Below, piece by piece: positions 62,796-64,000 of a stretch of 64,000 bases of DNA. Both the position numbers and the translations under genes were made by a program. Within the stretch, counting starts at the first letter, position 1. Every line of letters begins with the position of its first letter. The DNA is taken from NCBI GenBank assembly GCA_013265495.1, contig MU059171.1, forward strand, positions 4,297,656 to 4,361,655, written 5' to 3'. Origin of the DNA: Vicugna vicugna. Taxonomy: Eukaryota. The notes beneath the pieces are model-generated. The model was not told the DNA's origin. It was given only the letters and a program-made list of their open reading frames with translations, and made no database searches.

Positions 62796-64000
62796 GCCGA
62801 AACCATTTCTTCTGAAGCATGCCGAAGTGGGTGACAGAGCAGTCCACAACTGAAAACGCCACGGCCAGGGCTCGGGCCTGGGGAACTCAGGGACAGGCCA
62901 GAAGGCATCCAGTGCCCTCCCAGGCTACCAGCAAACAGGCCCAGAATTCATGGCCTCACAAAGCCAAGCCCCCAAGGTGCTGCCGGAGATCTTGGGTAGG
63001 AAGCAGCCCAGAAGGGCAGACTCCCCCAGGTAAAGCAGGCACCAGGCTGCCCCCCTCCCCAGGAGCGCAGGGGCCGGCACAGAAGAGCCAGCCTTCTGAG
63101 GCTGGGTGGGGAGTCTCTGCCTCTGAAAGGCAGGGCCCCCTCTGAGCAGGGGGTCCTGCCCTCAGCCAGGTCAAGCCAAGGAACAGGAGAAACAGCTTCG
63201 CCTGCCTTTTTTTTCTCTCTCCTGCCGTGTTTCAGGGGCTCCTGAACTTTCCCCAAACGAGTTCTGCCCATGTCAAACAGGAACTAGGTCTGCATGTACG
63301 TGTGTGTGCGGACACGCATTCTATTATTGCAGGAGAAAGCTCTCCACGGTCCGAGAGTGAGTCATCAGCAGCCCCTGTCAGTGTGCCAGCAGCTGCCCCT
63401 CTTCATTACAAGCAGAAAGATAAAAGCTCCTGCACTACATTAGCTGGCATACGCCTCCACAGACAGTACAAATAAATTAATTGTGCCTCATCTCCAACAG
63501 CCCGGGAGGTGTGCGGGAGGGGAAAATGGGCTCCGTCTTGTTTCATTAACAAATTAAACTGCAACAGAGCCGTGACCATTCCCTATGTACAGTCAGGCGC
63601 CCGGCTATTCGGCCAACAGCAGGCTGTTGCCCATTTGGGGTGGCACCACCAGAGGGGAGCATCCACAGGCTGAGAAACTGTCTCCTGCCCGAGAGGTGCA
63701 CGACCTGTAGCCCTTTCGTGGTCCTTGCAGGGAATGGGGAGGTGTGACCCCAGGGGCCACTGTAAGGGTGCTGGGAGGGGGACGAGAGCTGCCCATCCAA
63801 TGCTGGGCGCTGTTGCAAAAGGGAGGCGTTTCAATCATTTACCCTAGGCAAACAAACAAACCAGTCCAGTGGCTGCGGTATGTGCGACAGAGTGAAAGAG
63901 TTTGTCATCAAGCAAACTCTGTCACGCTGAGGATGGCAAGCATTCCAGAAAGAACAAAGTTATTCAAGACCGACTTGAAAAACAAGTCAGACTCCCCTTC

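Larger units (their letters stand above)
33661..64000 (-). other. TEAD1: TEAD1 5'UTR intron upstream of the first coding exon (continues beyond window end)
   Basis: No CpG-island promoter or other coding exon is seen; human TEAD1 has a very long intron at this position (established). Confidence 0.8.

Noticed and set aside
1-64000. Window-wide enrichment of TEAD (CATTCC) or AP-1 motifs; tRNA, rRNA, CRISPR, NUMT or processed pseudogene
   Set aside because: Rough motif counts looked near chance expectation, and none of the other feature types was recognised.

Overview
Mammalian genomic DNA. It is repeat-rich (MIR, L2, L3/CR1, L1M, MLT1, Tigger, MER5/33/53), and I saw no Alu, B1/B2, Can-SINE, Bov-tA or PRE-1. 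One young L1 3' tail looks cetartiodactyl and probably camelid, from recall only. The window lies inside TEAD1 on the minus strand. The only coding exon I can support is at 33393-33504 and reads [37 protein letters not shown](G), the start of the TEA domain, ending at a G|GTAAGTG donor. Its 5' part, including the known non-AUG (AUU) start codon, is predicted to lie in the N-run at 33505-33660. Everything else is the two flanking introns, each at least 30 kb within the window. None of the ORFs on the supplied track is a credible gene. I found no evidence for a new multi-gene system. The best leads are a 102-nt near-perfect local duplication, intronic polyadenylation signals just after the exon, candidate cassette exons, and motif clusters. 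Repeat boundaries and subfamily names were assigned by eye and are approximate.
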